Assembly: GCA_965248925.1 (NCBI GenBank)
Contig: CBDFLE010000006.1
Location: 3,904,001-3,968,000, forward strand
Reading direction: 5' to 3'
DNA length: 64,000 bases
Source of the DNA: Candidatus Multivoradales bacterium
GTDB taxonomy: Bacteria > Acidobacteriota > Thermoanaerobaculia > Multivoradales > J023
Shown one piece after another: positions 46,371-56,005 of the stretch (its first letter is position 1; every line of letters begins with the position of its first letter). The notes beneath the pieces are model-generated. The model was not told the origin of the DNA, searched no databases, and saw only the letters and a list, made by a program, of their open reading frames with translations. A program made the translations under genes and the position numbers.

Positions 46371-49300
46371 GTGATCCGATCCATCAGCCTCTTCCTTCTC
46401 ATCAGTCTCCTTATCCTTCTAAATCTGCCGGCGGCACTGCAAGCCGGCACCGCCTGCAGCGGCGTCCTCACCTACCTCGAACAAGGATTCTTCGCTGACC
46501 AACCCTCGAACTGCTCCACCGGCGCCCGCTGCTACACGCCGGTCATCTCCGGCGCCACCTTCACCCCCGAGGCTGGCTGCGACCCGGCGATCGAATCCTG
46601 CGCCATCACCATCGAAGTGCCGATCGACTTCGCCGGAAACCACCAGAACGACCCCAGCGCGTCGGGCTTCCTCTACAGCTTCGCGACCGTCACGGTGACC
46701 CCCAGCGGCGGCGGTACCCTGGGCACCTGCGGCTTGTCGGGCGCGGTGATCGAGGAAGATCACGGCACCTTGAGCTGGGGCATCACCAGTTCTTGCAGCG
46801 ACCTGATGGCCAGCTACACCATCACCGCCACCGCCTGCCCTTGTGCCTTCGGCCTCTGTCCCCATTGCCCGAAAGAAACCACCCAAGTAGTCGACTTCAG
46901 CCTGTCGCCCCTCTGCCCACCTCCGCCCCCGCCCAGCGGCTGCCCGGAAGATGAAGATTGCCCCTCGTGCGTCGGTGGTGGCAGCGGAATAGGCGGTAGC
47001 GCCGGTGGTGGAGGCGGAGGCGCCTCGCCGCCGCAGAGCGGCCCCGGCGCCCTACTGCGCTACCACGCGGGAGGCGTCGGCCACCCGACCTACCCCGGCT
47101 CGGCCGGCATCACCGCGGAGCTGGGGCGCTATTGGGCCCACGACTACACCGAAAGAATCGCTCGCGACCCCGACGATAGCAACGTCTGGCTGCTCACTCG
47201 CTACGCCACCTTCCGCCGCTTTACCGACCTAAACATGGACGGGGACTACGACCGCACCATTCCCAGCGACGAATACCGCACTCTGACCAAGACCCCGACC
47301 GGCTGGACCCTGCTCGATCTAGACGGCACCCTGATGCAATTCGACGACACCGGCCTATGGTCCTCGACCACCGACCGCAACGGCAACGCCAAGACCGCCA
47401 ACCGCGATGGCACCGGCCGGCTGACCACCGTCAGCTTCCCCGATGGTCGCTCGGAGACCTTCACCTACTCGGTGGGCGGCAGGCTGGACTCGATTACAGA
47501 AGTCGGCATCGACAGCGCCACCGCCAGAACTTGGGGTTACACCTACACCGGTCAAGACCTCACCCGCATCGACCGACCCGACGGCACCGCCTGGGTTTTC
47601 CTCTACGATGATCCAACTTTGCCGGGCTACATGACTCGAATGAGTCTGGCGGGTACAGACGCTAGCGAGCGGATCGCGGGCTCCTGGGCCTATGATCCCT
47701 TCGGCAATGTAGTGCAAATGTGGAAAGGCGCGGCCAACTTCAACGATGCCGGCGCCGTCGATCGCTGGTCGATGAGCTTCGACGATCCCCAGCTGCCGAT
47801 GGTCACCACGGTCACCGACCCCATGGGCGAGATCTCCACCTACACCTTGGGTCGCGACTCCGAGAGCCGCAAGCCTCGTCTGGAGCAGCTCGAAGGCTCT
47901 TGCCCGAGCTGCGGCACCGGCCCCAACAGCCGGCTGTTCTATGAAGATCCGGCCCACCCCCTGCGCCCCACTCGCCAGATCGACGGCGGCGGCACCACGA
48001 CCCTGACCACCTACGACGCCAACGGCCAAGCAATCTCTCGCGTCGAGGCCCTCGGCACGGCGTTGGAGCGCGAGACAACCTGGCAGCGAGATCTCACCTA
48101 CCCGGCGCTGATCACCGAGATCGAGCGCCCCTCGACCACCGGCAACCCTCTAGATTTCCGCCGTACAACCTTCACCCTCAGTGGCCAAGGCAACGCCACC
48201 GACCGCATCGACGAAGGGGTAGAAGACGGCCAAGCCTTCAGCTACACCACCACGACTACTTACACCGCCGAGGGCCAGCCAGAAGATCGCGATCCACCCG
48301 GCTATGGCACCGCCGATGTCACCACCAGCGCCTGGGACGCTGCCCGTGGCGGCCTGGTGCTGGCCAGTCGCACCGATCCGCTGATCGGCAGCACTCTGTT
48401 CGGCTATGACCCTTTCAACCGCCGAACTTCAGTCACCGACCCCAACGGGGTAGCCAGCGAAACGCAGTACGACCCGCTCAATCGTGTTCTGTTCAGCATC
48501 CAGAAAGGCACGGAACTGGCCGAAGACCTGATCACTGAGCAGCGCTACACGGTCTTTGGCGATCTCTTCCAAACCGTCCTTCCGCGCGGCAACGTGCTCG
48601 AATATTCCTACGATTCCGCAGGCCGACTTGCCTCGATCGAACGCAAGCCCGATGACCTGCCCGGCAGCCACATCGAGCGCACCTTCTACACCCTCGATAG
48701 CTTCGGTCACCGGGTTCGCGAAGAGCTACAAAGCTGGGACGGCGCGAGCTGGACGAGTGCGTCGACTACCGATTACCTGTACTCGACCCGCTGTCATCTC
48801 GACCAGATGATCGAAGGCGCGGGCAGCCCCGAGCAGGCGATCACCGAGTACGCCTACAACTGCGATGGTGACATCGAACGCCTCTGGGACGCCAACCATC
48901 CATCGGCGGGTCAATCTGCGCCAGCCAGTACGCTCTACGCCTATGACCCACTCGACCGATTGATCACCGTCAGCCAGCCATTCGGCGGCGCAGCAGGTGG
49001 CCAAGCCGTAACGGCCTACGGCTTTGACGTTCAGGATCATCTGAACACGGTCACTGACCCAGAGGGCACGGTCACCAGCTACGTCCACAGCGATCGAAAT
49101 TTGCTGACCCGCGAGACCTCCGAGGTCTCTGGCGTGACCAACCATCTGTACAACGAGCACGGCGAGCGCACAGAGACGACCGATGCACGCAGCATCTCCA
49201 CCCTGCGCACCCTCGATGAGCTAGATCGGGTCACACTGGTCGACTACCCCGACGACACCCTCGACGTGACCTACACCTACGATGACGCGCTGGTGCCCTT

Positions 49301-51110
49301 CAGTCTCGGCCGACTCACTCAGATCGAACGTGATGGCCAGCCGATCGACTTCCAATACGATCGATTCGGGCGGATGACGCAGGACGGCGAGCTGACCTAC
49401 GCCTTCGACGCCAACGGCAACCAGAGCGAGATCCTGTATCCTGGTGGCGTGAGGGCTATCTACACATTCGATCACGCTGACCGTCACCTGACCCTCGATG
49501 CCGAGGTGCCAGGCCAAGGCATCCAATCGATTGTCACGGGAGCCTTCTACCAACCGATTGGCCCACTGCGCCAGCTGACGCGCGGCAATGGTGTCACCGA
49601 AAGCCGCCAGCACGATAGCCGTTACCGGCCCGCCAGCATCACAGCCGTTGGCCCCGGCGGCACCCTGCTCGACTGGGACTACGCCACCGATGGGGTCGGC
49701 AACATCACCGCCATCGGTGATCTGCTCGACCCGCTGAACAACCGCATTTACGCCCACCAGGATTACCAGTATTTCCTTACCCAGGGCGATGGCCCTTGGG
49801 GCGCTCTGACCTGGGCCTACGACAAAATCGGCAACCGTCTCAGCGAAACGCGGGACGGCGCCACCGACAGCTATCAATACCTCGCCAACGCTGCCGCGAG
49901 CGGCAACACCGCGAAACTCGATCAGATTGCACTCAGTGCAGGCGGCAGTCGTGTCTACACCTTCGACGCAGCCGGCAACCAAATCGGCGTCGACGAGAAC
50001 GGCGACCCCGTGGCTTACACATTCGATGATGCTGGCCGCTTGTCGGCCATTGATCACCCTTCGGCACAGGCCAGCTCGACGATGCTCTACGACGGTCGCA
50101 GCTATCTACGCCAGGCAGTCGGCCGCGAGCCCGACACTTCGGGCAACGCTCTCTTCTGCGATGGCTTTGAAAGCGGCGACATCAGCGCTTGGGGTGATCC
50201 GGGAGCGAGTAGCTGCATGGCCGAGGCAGCTACTTTGGCCACCTACAGTTCCGAAGGTGTCTTGCAGCGGCGGCTCAGCGCAGCAGACGAGAGCGACGTG
50301 CTTTATTTCGATGGGAGGGTCGTGGCGCAGTTCGCTGGCTGGGCGGCAAAACACCTGACCGCTGATCACCTCGGTACGCCAGTACTCGCCTCAGGCGCAG
50401 CCGGAACGGTGAACTGGGTTGGGGGATTCGAGCCCTTTGGCACTGACTATTCAAACGCAGGAGATCAAAGCGTGTTCATTCGGTTCCCTGGCCAGTGGGA
50501 GGATGCGGCTTGGAGAGCTGGCGGCGCCTACTACTACAACGTTCATCGTTGGTACCAACTAGCTTCTGCCAACTACTCACGCGCAGATCCGCTTGGATAT
50601 GAAGGCGGGCCGAATATTCTTGTATATGCAGCAAGTCAACCTCTGAAGTTCTTCGACCCTAAGGGGCTCTCGATTGAACTCTTCTGCCATCCAATCGGCG
50701 CAGGTGGAAATGATCCAATTCGAAAAGCAATTGGTAGACAAGGCTTTGGCCACTGCTTTGTGCGAGTGAAGTGCGACTGTGAAAGCGAAGGGGGGCCATT
50801 TGACCTGAGACTTGAAGTCCGTGGTCGTTCTGGGGGGATGGGCGAGATACCAGAGAGCCCTCCTACTTTTCACCATGGCAGCGCTGCTCAAAGAGTCGCC
50901 TTTCTCCCAGCGGACACCGATAGTTCAGACTGTCAGCGTGAGCAGTGTGTTGTAAAGAAGTATCATGAGATCCGAAAAAATGGGTTCAAGTACCCACTAA
51001 CAGGATTTCTCAATGGACCAAACAGCAACACATTTGCAGCCGATCTTGTAGAGTCGTGCGGAGGCATGAGAATTTTCTGGCCATCTGGCATACCGCCGTT
51101 TACCCCGTAG
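46371..51110 (+). CDS. Rhs/YD-repeat polymorphic toxin 2
   Basis: Near-identical to Rhs1 up to ~50216, then divergent; DPKG cleavage motif; tip GHCFV...GPNSNTF. Confidence 0.95.
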   Translation: MIRSISLFLLISLLILLNLPAALQAGTACSGVLTYLEQGFFADQPSNCSTGARCYTPVISGATFTPEAGCDPAIESCAITIEVPIDFAGNHQNDPSASGFLYSFATVTVTPSGGGTLGTCGLSGAVIEEDHGTLSWGITSSCSDLMASYTITATACPCAFGLCPHCPKETTQVVDFSLSPLCPPPPPPSGCPEDEDCPSCVGGGSGIGGSAGGGGGGASPPQSGPGALLRYHAGGVGHPTYPGSAGITAELGRYWAHDYTERIARDPDDSNVWLLTRYATFRRFTDLNMDGDYDRTIPSDEYRTLTKTPTGWTLLDLDGTLMQFDDTGLWSSTTDRNGNAKTANRDGTGRLTTVSFPDGRSETFTYSVGGRLDSITEVGIDSATARTWGYTYTGQDLTRIDRPDGTAWVFLYDDPTLPGYMTRMSLAGTDASERIAGSWAYDPFGNVVQMWKGAANFNDAGAVDRWSMSFDDPQLPMVTTVTDPMGEISTYTLGRDSESRKPRLEQLEGSCPSCGTGPNSRLFYEDPAHPLRPTRQIDGGGTTTLTTYDANGQAISRVEALGTALERETTWQRDLTYPALITEIERPSTTGNPLDFRRTTFTLSGQGNATDRIDEGVEDGQAFSYTTTTTYTAEGQPEDRDPPGYGTADVTTSAWDAARGGLVLASRTDPLIGSTLFGYDPFNRRTSVTDPNGVASETQYDPLNRVLFSIQKGTELAEDLITEQRYTVFGDLFQTVLPRGNVLEYSYDSAGRLASIERKPDDLPGSHIERTFYTLDSFGHRVREELQSWDGASWTSASTTDYLYSTRCHLDQMIEGAGSPEQAITEYAYNCDGDIERLWDANHPSAGQSAPASTLYAYDPLDRLITVSQPFGGAAGGQAVTAYGFDVQDHLNTVTDPEGTVTSYVHSDRNLLTRETSEVSGVTNHLYNEHGERTETTDARSISTLRTLDELDRVTLVDYPDDTLDVTYTYDDALVPFSLGRLTQIERDGQPIDFQYDRFGRMTQDGELTYAFDANGNQSEILYPGGVRAIYTFDHADRHLTLDAEVPGQGIQSIVTGAFYQPIGPLRQLTRGNGVTESRQHDSRYRPASITAVGPGGTLLDWDYATDGVGNITAIGDLLDPLNNRIYAHQDYQYFLTQGDGPWGALTWAYDKIGNRLSETRDGATDSYQYLANAAASGNTAKLDQIALSAGGSRVYTFDAAGNQIGVDENGDPVAYTFDDAGRLSAIDHPSAQASSTMLYDGRSYLRQAVGREPDTSGNALFCDGFESGDISAWGDPGASSCMAEAATLATYSSEGVLQRRLSAADESDVLYFDGRVVAQFAGWAAKHLTADHLGTPVLASGAAGTVNWVGGFEPFGTDYSNAGDQSVFIRFPGQWEDAAWRAGGAYYYNVHRWYQLASANYSRADPLGYEGGPNILVYAASQPLKFFDPKGLSIELFCHPIGAGGNDPIRKAIGRQGFGHCFVRVKCDCESEGGPFDLRLEVRGRSGGMGEIPESPPTFHHGSAAQRVAFLPADTDSSDCQREQCVVKKYHEIRKNGFKYPLTGFLNGPNSNTFAADLVESCGGMRIFWPSGIPPFTP

Positions 51111-51118
51111 AACTGAAA

Positions 51119-51541
51119 ATGCTAAGGTTCGCACTAATCGTAAGTGGCTCGGCGTTACTCCATGTTGGGGTGCTGGTCGGCCTTACGCTTCTATTGCCAC
51201 CACTAGTAGGCGCCAAGTTTTCCTGGAGCATCGTCCTTTTCTTGGTTGCCGTAACACAATTGGCATCTGTGTTCGCGTTCCGCCTTCGAGCAGCGACTGC
51301 GGTATTTTTCGGCGGTGTCCTGGCATCTTTGTTTATACTGTTGTGGTTGCCTCTCTTAGAGTTTCTGGTCAGCGGAACATCAGATCCCTATGCTGATTAC
51401 TTAATCCATAGTGTCGTCGAGATCTTCACTTCCTTCGAGACAGTGTGGTTTGCCTTGAATCCCTCCGTAGATTTTTGTCTCTCCGCAATTTCTGGCTTTC
51501 TTCTGGGCCAGCTCTTGAAGCGACTGCGACACGCACCGTAG
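51119..51541 (+). CDS. Putative cognate immunity protein (about four TM helices)
   Basis: Starts 8 bp after the Rhs2 stop; hydrophobic; AT-richer sequence. Confidence 0.65.
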   Translation: MLRFALIVSGSALLHVGVLVGLTLLLPPLVGAKFSWSIVLFLVAVTQLASVFAFRLRAATAVFFGGVLASLFILLWLPLLEFLVSGTSDPYADYLIHSVVEIFTSFETVWFALNPSVDFCLSAISGFLLGQLLKRLRHAP

Positions 51542-51657
51542 TTTTCTGCCATTGATCGAGAGTCCAGATGTCGCCTGCTGTCTGTACTCCCCCGACAACA
51601 ATAAACCTCGCCCCAGCAGACGGGGTGGGCCTCAGCTCAGCTAAGGAAACGGTTGGC

Positions 51658-52092
51658 ATGAATGCTGTGGAATCTAGAACTCGATATTTCTGTGTTGGTA
51701 TGCGCAGACTGGCCAAGAGCACAGTCGCGCTCGTCTTAGCTTTCGTCCTGCTCGTATTTCTGATCTGGGCGAGTACGGCAGTGTATTTTTCTCCACTGAC
51801 TTGGCCCAGAAGAGACTTCAGCATTTCCGAATGGAGTGAAGTCTACAGCACCGGCAACAGATATCAGCTTTGCAGTAGCCTCCTGTCGTCAGGGACCTTT
51901 CTGGAAGCGAGCCGCCTTCGCGTTGAAGCCGCCTTGGGCCAGCCAGATTTCGAGGTCGGTTCTAACTTCTTTGTCTATGAGGTGAAAGAGACGTCTCTGT
52001 TAGGATTCGTTGTTTCCCACCGGTTGATTATCGAATTCGATTCTAGGAATACTGTCTCCAGAGTGTTTCTTGATAGTGATTTAAGGTGGTAA
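51658..52092 (+). CDS. Membrane-anchored SmpA/BamE-like protein, probable orphan immunity
   Basis: N-terminal TM helix; VEAALGQPD...YEV...LIIEFD pattern. Start uncertain. Confidence 0.55.
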   Translation: MNAVESRTRYFCVGMRRLAKSTVALVLAFVLLVFLIWASTAVYFSPLTWPRRDFSISEWSEVYSTGNRYQLCSSLLSSGTFLEASRLRVEAALGQPDFEVGSNFFVYEVKETSLLGFVVSHRLIIEFDSRNTVSRVFLDSDLRW

Positions 52093-52100
52093 AGATCATT

Positions 52101-52211
52101 TCCAATTTTTCTAGCTCTACTCTAACCGATCGCTGCGGCTTAGAGCCTCCACCTATGGCGCGACCTCGCAAGGCCCCCGGCTGGGGCGATGCCCCTCCCT
52201 CGAACCCATGA
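52101..52211 (+). pseudogene. Remnant of an Rhs toxin C-terminus (SNF...DRCGLEPPPMARPRKAPGWGDAPPSNP*)
   Basis: Resembles the Rhs1 tail (SNTF...RRCGLKRP...GW); its TGA overlaps the ATG at 52208. Confidence 0.65.
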
Positions 52212-52555
52212 GGACGATAGGACTAGTCTTGGTTGCGATTTGGATCACCGGATGCGCGGCATACCGAAACCAGGAGACATTCCGGGCAGCTTTGGTATGT
52301 GGCCTCAGCGTTGAAGAGGTTAGCGCTCTTGCTGAGAATTCGCACGCAAGGCACATCGCGTGCTCTCGGCCTGGCGGAAGAGCCTTGACGTGTGGTGTCG
52401 GATGGGGTCGGAGGGGGTATAGCTGCGAGTTTGATTCGAATGGCGACTTGGTTTCCTATAGGCACTTCCTACTTAAACCGCTAACCGTGTTGGAATTTTC
52501 AGAGGTCGAGGTGTTGTGTACCTTTCCTTCATCTGGCGACTCACCGCAGGAATAG
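52208..52555 (+). CDS. Orphan immunity lipoprotein
   Basis: ITGC lipobox; LVCGLSVEEV; paralog of 53268-53618. Confidence 0.7.
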   Translation: MRTIGLVLVAIWITGCAAYRNQETFRAALVCGLSVEEVSALAENSHARHIACSRPGGRALTCGVGWGRRGYSCEFDSNGDLVSYRHFLLKPLTVLEFSEVEVLCTFPSSGDSPQE

Positions 52556-52646
52556 AATGTAAACTGAAACTGCCAAAGGGTTGCTGGGGGATGGCGTACG
52601 CCGGGGTGGAATAGGCCTCCGGCGTCCCCTGAACCGGGGACAGGGA

Positions 52647-53222
52647 ATGGGCAATAAAATCCTCTTTTCAACCAGGGCTAAGATCTGTCTAGTCGCTGTC
52701 GTGGTTACAGGGTGTGTCTCCTCGGGAGAGGTCTGGTCCAGGCACGTTGCTGGTCAGCTCCAATGTGGTATGACAATCGGCGAAGTTTCGGATCTTGTAC
52801 AGCCGACTCGGAGCGTCGTTCCCTACAAACATGCCTGGCTGGGCGATCTTATGATCGAGAAGGGGCGTAGCACCGTCTGGTTTTCGATGGGGCCAAGAGG
52901 TGTTGAGGCTTTTCGAATTGCGACGGACGAAATCCTACCTCTGAAATCCGTACGACTTTCGCCCCGGGCGAATCTCTGCACTGGTTAATCGACGCTGATG
53001 CTCGAAATCCTCACGAAACGGGAGTTCATAGGTGCATCGGTTTTCTTGGACGGAAAGCAGACGGCTGGGATTGACGAACTGATGTTTGCTCGCCTAGAGA
53101 TTCCCTTGGGCGAGCATGAAATCCGTACCGAGAAAGAGGGTCTTGATCCGTTCGTGAGACACCTTTCGTACTCGGGAACGGACCGAGGTGACCAACGACT
53201 CGACCTCTCGGGTAGAAGTTGA
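52647..53222 (+). pseudogene. Orphan immunity paralog (lipoprotein + PEGA) with in-frame TAA at 52986
   Basis: VTGC lipobox; LQCGMT; SPRANLCTG* aligns to SPKTNLCTGE of 41329-41925; continues in frame to GASVFLDG...GEHEIRTEKEG. Confidence 0.75.
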
Positions 53223-53267
53223 TGTGGCGCGACCTCGCAAGGCTCCAGGCTGGAGAGATGCACCGCC

Positions 53268-53618
53268 GTGATAAAGCAGACACAAGCCGTACTAGTTGCC
53301 TTGGTAACTACTGGGTGTTTCTCCAGTGGATTGCAGAACAAGTTTCGAGAATCCCTAGGATGCGGCCTGACGGTTGAAGATGTTCGGGTAATAGCTGGGA
53401 ATTCGAGTGTGCGCCACTTCGCTTGCTCTTACGCAGGTGGCCGGCCTCTGACCTGCTCCGCTTCCTGGGGGCGGCGAGGCTATGATTGCAAGTTTGATTC
53501 GAAGGGCGGCCTGATTTCCTACAGACACGTCAAATTAAGGCCGCTAACCGAGGTGGTGTTCTCAGAGTCAGTGATGCTCTGTACTGCACCATCTATGGAT
53601 GACCACTCAACGAACTAG
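53268..53618 (+). CDS. Orphan immunity lipoprotein
   Basis: TTGC lipobox; LGCGLTVEDV; WGRRGY.C.FDS shared with 52208-52555. GTG start overlaps a toxin-tail remnant stop. Confidence 0.7.
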   Translation: MIKQTQAVLVALVTTGCFSSGLQNKFRESLGCGLTVEDVRVIAGNSSVRHFACSYAGGRPLTCSASWGRRGYDCKFDSKGGLISYRHVKLRPLTEVVFSESVMLCTAPSMDDHSTN

Positions 53619-53729
53619 AAGAGCATCTTGGACCAGCGGGGGCATTTGAACGAGATCCTACGGTTTCAAGCGCTGGCAGCACCTAGCCTTCGACAATCCT
53701 CGAACCTAGAAACTACGCTACCCAGCCAC

Positions 53730-54124
53730 CTACCCAGCCAGCTTCACGGCCCTGGACCGGAGCACGTCGCCGGCCTGGTGGTAGCGCATAGCCAACGCGC
53801 GGGTGCGGTGCCCGGACAGCTGCATGACCTCTTGCAGGCTGACCCAAGCCCGCCCAGCCGAGGTGACAAATCCCGACCTCAACGAATGCCCGCTGTAGTC
53901 GGCCGGATCGAGTCCGGTGCGCAGTGCCCGGTACTTGAGGATTTCGGCCAGAGTGCGCGCGGACATGGCGCGGCCGGCGTGTTGGCCATGGCGATCACTC
54001 TGAGAAAGACCGCCACGGCCGCGGTTCCGGCGATCTGGAGCCAAGAATCGAGAGCGGTGTGATGCCACTGAGAAAGCCAAATATCGGCATCCACCGGCCC
54101 GTGGGTCAGCTTCGCTTGTGGCAT
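53730..54124 (-). pseudogene. Tyrosine recombinase C-terminal relic (copy 2)
   Basis: ALDSWLQIAG...VFLRV / frameshift / DRHG...SGHSLRSGFVT...SGHRT...RY. Confidence 0.85.
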
Positions 54125-56005
54125 CGATCAAACTTTCCCTCTTGAGTGTTAACGAGAATATTCTCTAGCTGCTGGGCAGCTTACCTTGAACTGATCGGCC
54201 CTTCTTATAGCTGGGCCGATTCCATGCCTTCACGATTTCCAACCACCGCGAGCACTTGGCATGCAGCCATGTCTCAGCGGCAACCGTCGATGGGCCTGAC
54301 GCAGTACAAGCGGCGCTGTGGATAACGCTGCTTCGCGCGCCGATCTACTGCCGCCAAAGGCACCCTTGCCACCAAGCCCGCCGCTGGCCACCAAATCCAA
54401 CCTCGCTAGACTGCCCGCTTACAGGCCGCTCGTTGCGAGCAATGACGCCCGCGACGCGGTGGCCGGGGGTAATCTGTGATGCCAACCAAGACAGTCGCAC
54501 AACCGACTCTGAATCCTTGGAGCAACGGCAGCGAACCGAGCGGCTTCCGCAGCGTGATCAAGCCAAGCGGCTGGAGCACCGCGATCTTGCCGAACGGCTA
54601 GTGCCTCAGGGGCGGGCGGATTCCGTAGGTCCGTTCGCCTTCTACAGCCTTTCTTGCCGCTTTGATTATCTCGGTGGTCAGCTCGCCTTTGCGCACGAGG
54701 CTGGTGAAGTGAGTCACTGCGGCGGCGGCGATTGCATCGTGGCGGAATGGTTGCAGAAACCTCGCCATTTCTTTCGCGCGCTCTGTAGCCGCTCTTGTCT
54801 GACCGCTGGTGAGCAGCAAATCGACGAAATCGAGTGTGGCGAGAGCGGCGCTGAATGGGTCTGTGACGATCAGCCCCTCGATCGCCAGCACTAGGAGTGG
54901 CTCAGCGTTGTCAGGTTTCCCGCTGGCCTTCGCGATCGCTCCGGCCGACCATTGGGCCATCGCTCGTGGGTAAATCGCGTCCTGGGGAATCAGCGCCAGC
55001 GCTTGCAGAAGGTATCCCTCGGCCCGGTCGAATCTCTTGGCCTGCTCATCGATGCTAGCTAGCCCCTGATAGGCTGCCGCTCGGTTGCTCCCCTCGCTAT
55101 CTGGCAGCAAGGCCAGGGCAGTCCGATAGGAATCCGTCGCGGCCGCCGGATCGGGCGCGAGCAAGTACGCGCCTTGGTCTACGAAAACCCTCCCCATGCC
55201 TATTCTGTCGCGTTGCGATGCGCAAATGGCCATAGCCATATCGGAGACTGTCAAGGCTGCCTCGACTTCGTTGTGGCCGAAGAGGACAACGCTGGTCCTT
55301 TGCAGCAAGTCGGCTCTCACCCCTGGCGGTGCCCAGCATCCGATTACTAAGACTGTCTCCAGGCAGAAGGCGGCGCATTCCAATGAGGCCGCGTGGCGGT
55401 GTGCAGAGCCAAGGGCGCCGGCTGCTCGGCAGAATGCCTCGCCCGCGTCTGGTCCCGTGATCTTGGTGGAGGTCTCGACGGCGAGGATCTGCGCTACGGA
55501 ATGTGTCAATGAAAGTGAGACACTTTCTTCTGGGAATTAGTACGGAATCGGTAGTGGCTCCGGCACCATCGCTTTCAGCGAGGGCGCGCAGCCAGGGGTC
55601 TCGCCTGGTGCGTCGTTGTGTACGCGGTGTGTCACTACGTTCTCGGTATCGACTGGGTCAGTGCTGGCGGCGGTGGTCGGCGGGTTGATCCAGACCTTGT
55701 CACTGGGCTCCGGCAAAGCCGGCGCTCGCCGCTTGAAGCGGCTTGGATGAGCGGCTGAGGCGGCGGCGAGGACTTCTCGACGTTGCTCCAGTACTGAGGC
55801 CGTGAGGCCGTAGTGGACGGTCTCTGGCGTCAACAAGCCGAGTCCTGTGTGGTAGTGCTGCGTGTTGTACCAGCCGATGAACGAGCGGCAGAATGCTCGT
55901 GCATCTTCCAGTGATCCGAAGCGGTCGGGAAAGCTCGGATGGTACTTGAGCGTCTTGAACTGGGCCTCAGAGAACGGATTGTCGTTGCTCGTGTAGGGCC
56001 GGTTC

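Noticed and set aside
36563-51110. Diversity-generating retroelement or retron as the source of variation
   Set aside because: No reverse transcriptase in the window; differences between copies are not adenine-specific.
36563-51110. Duplication as a pure assembly artefact
   Set aside because: The copies differ by many synonymous substitutions, have different tips and immunity genes, and have a coherent junction. Collapsed strain haplotypes cannot be fully excluded without reads.
51110-53730. Integron cassette array (small genes next to a tyrosine recombinase)
   Set aside because: No attC-like RYYYAAC...GTTRRRY hairpins; the recombinase is a relic without visible IntI features; the spacers are explained as toxin tails.
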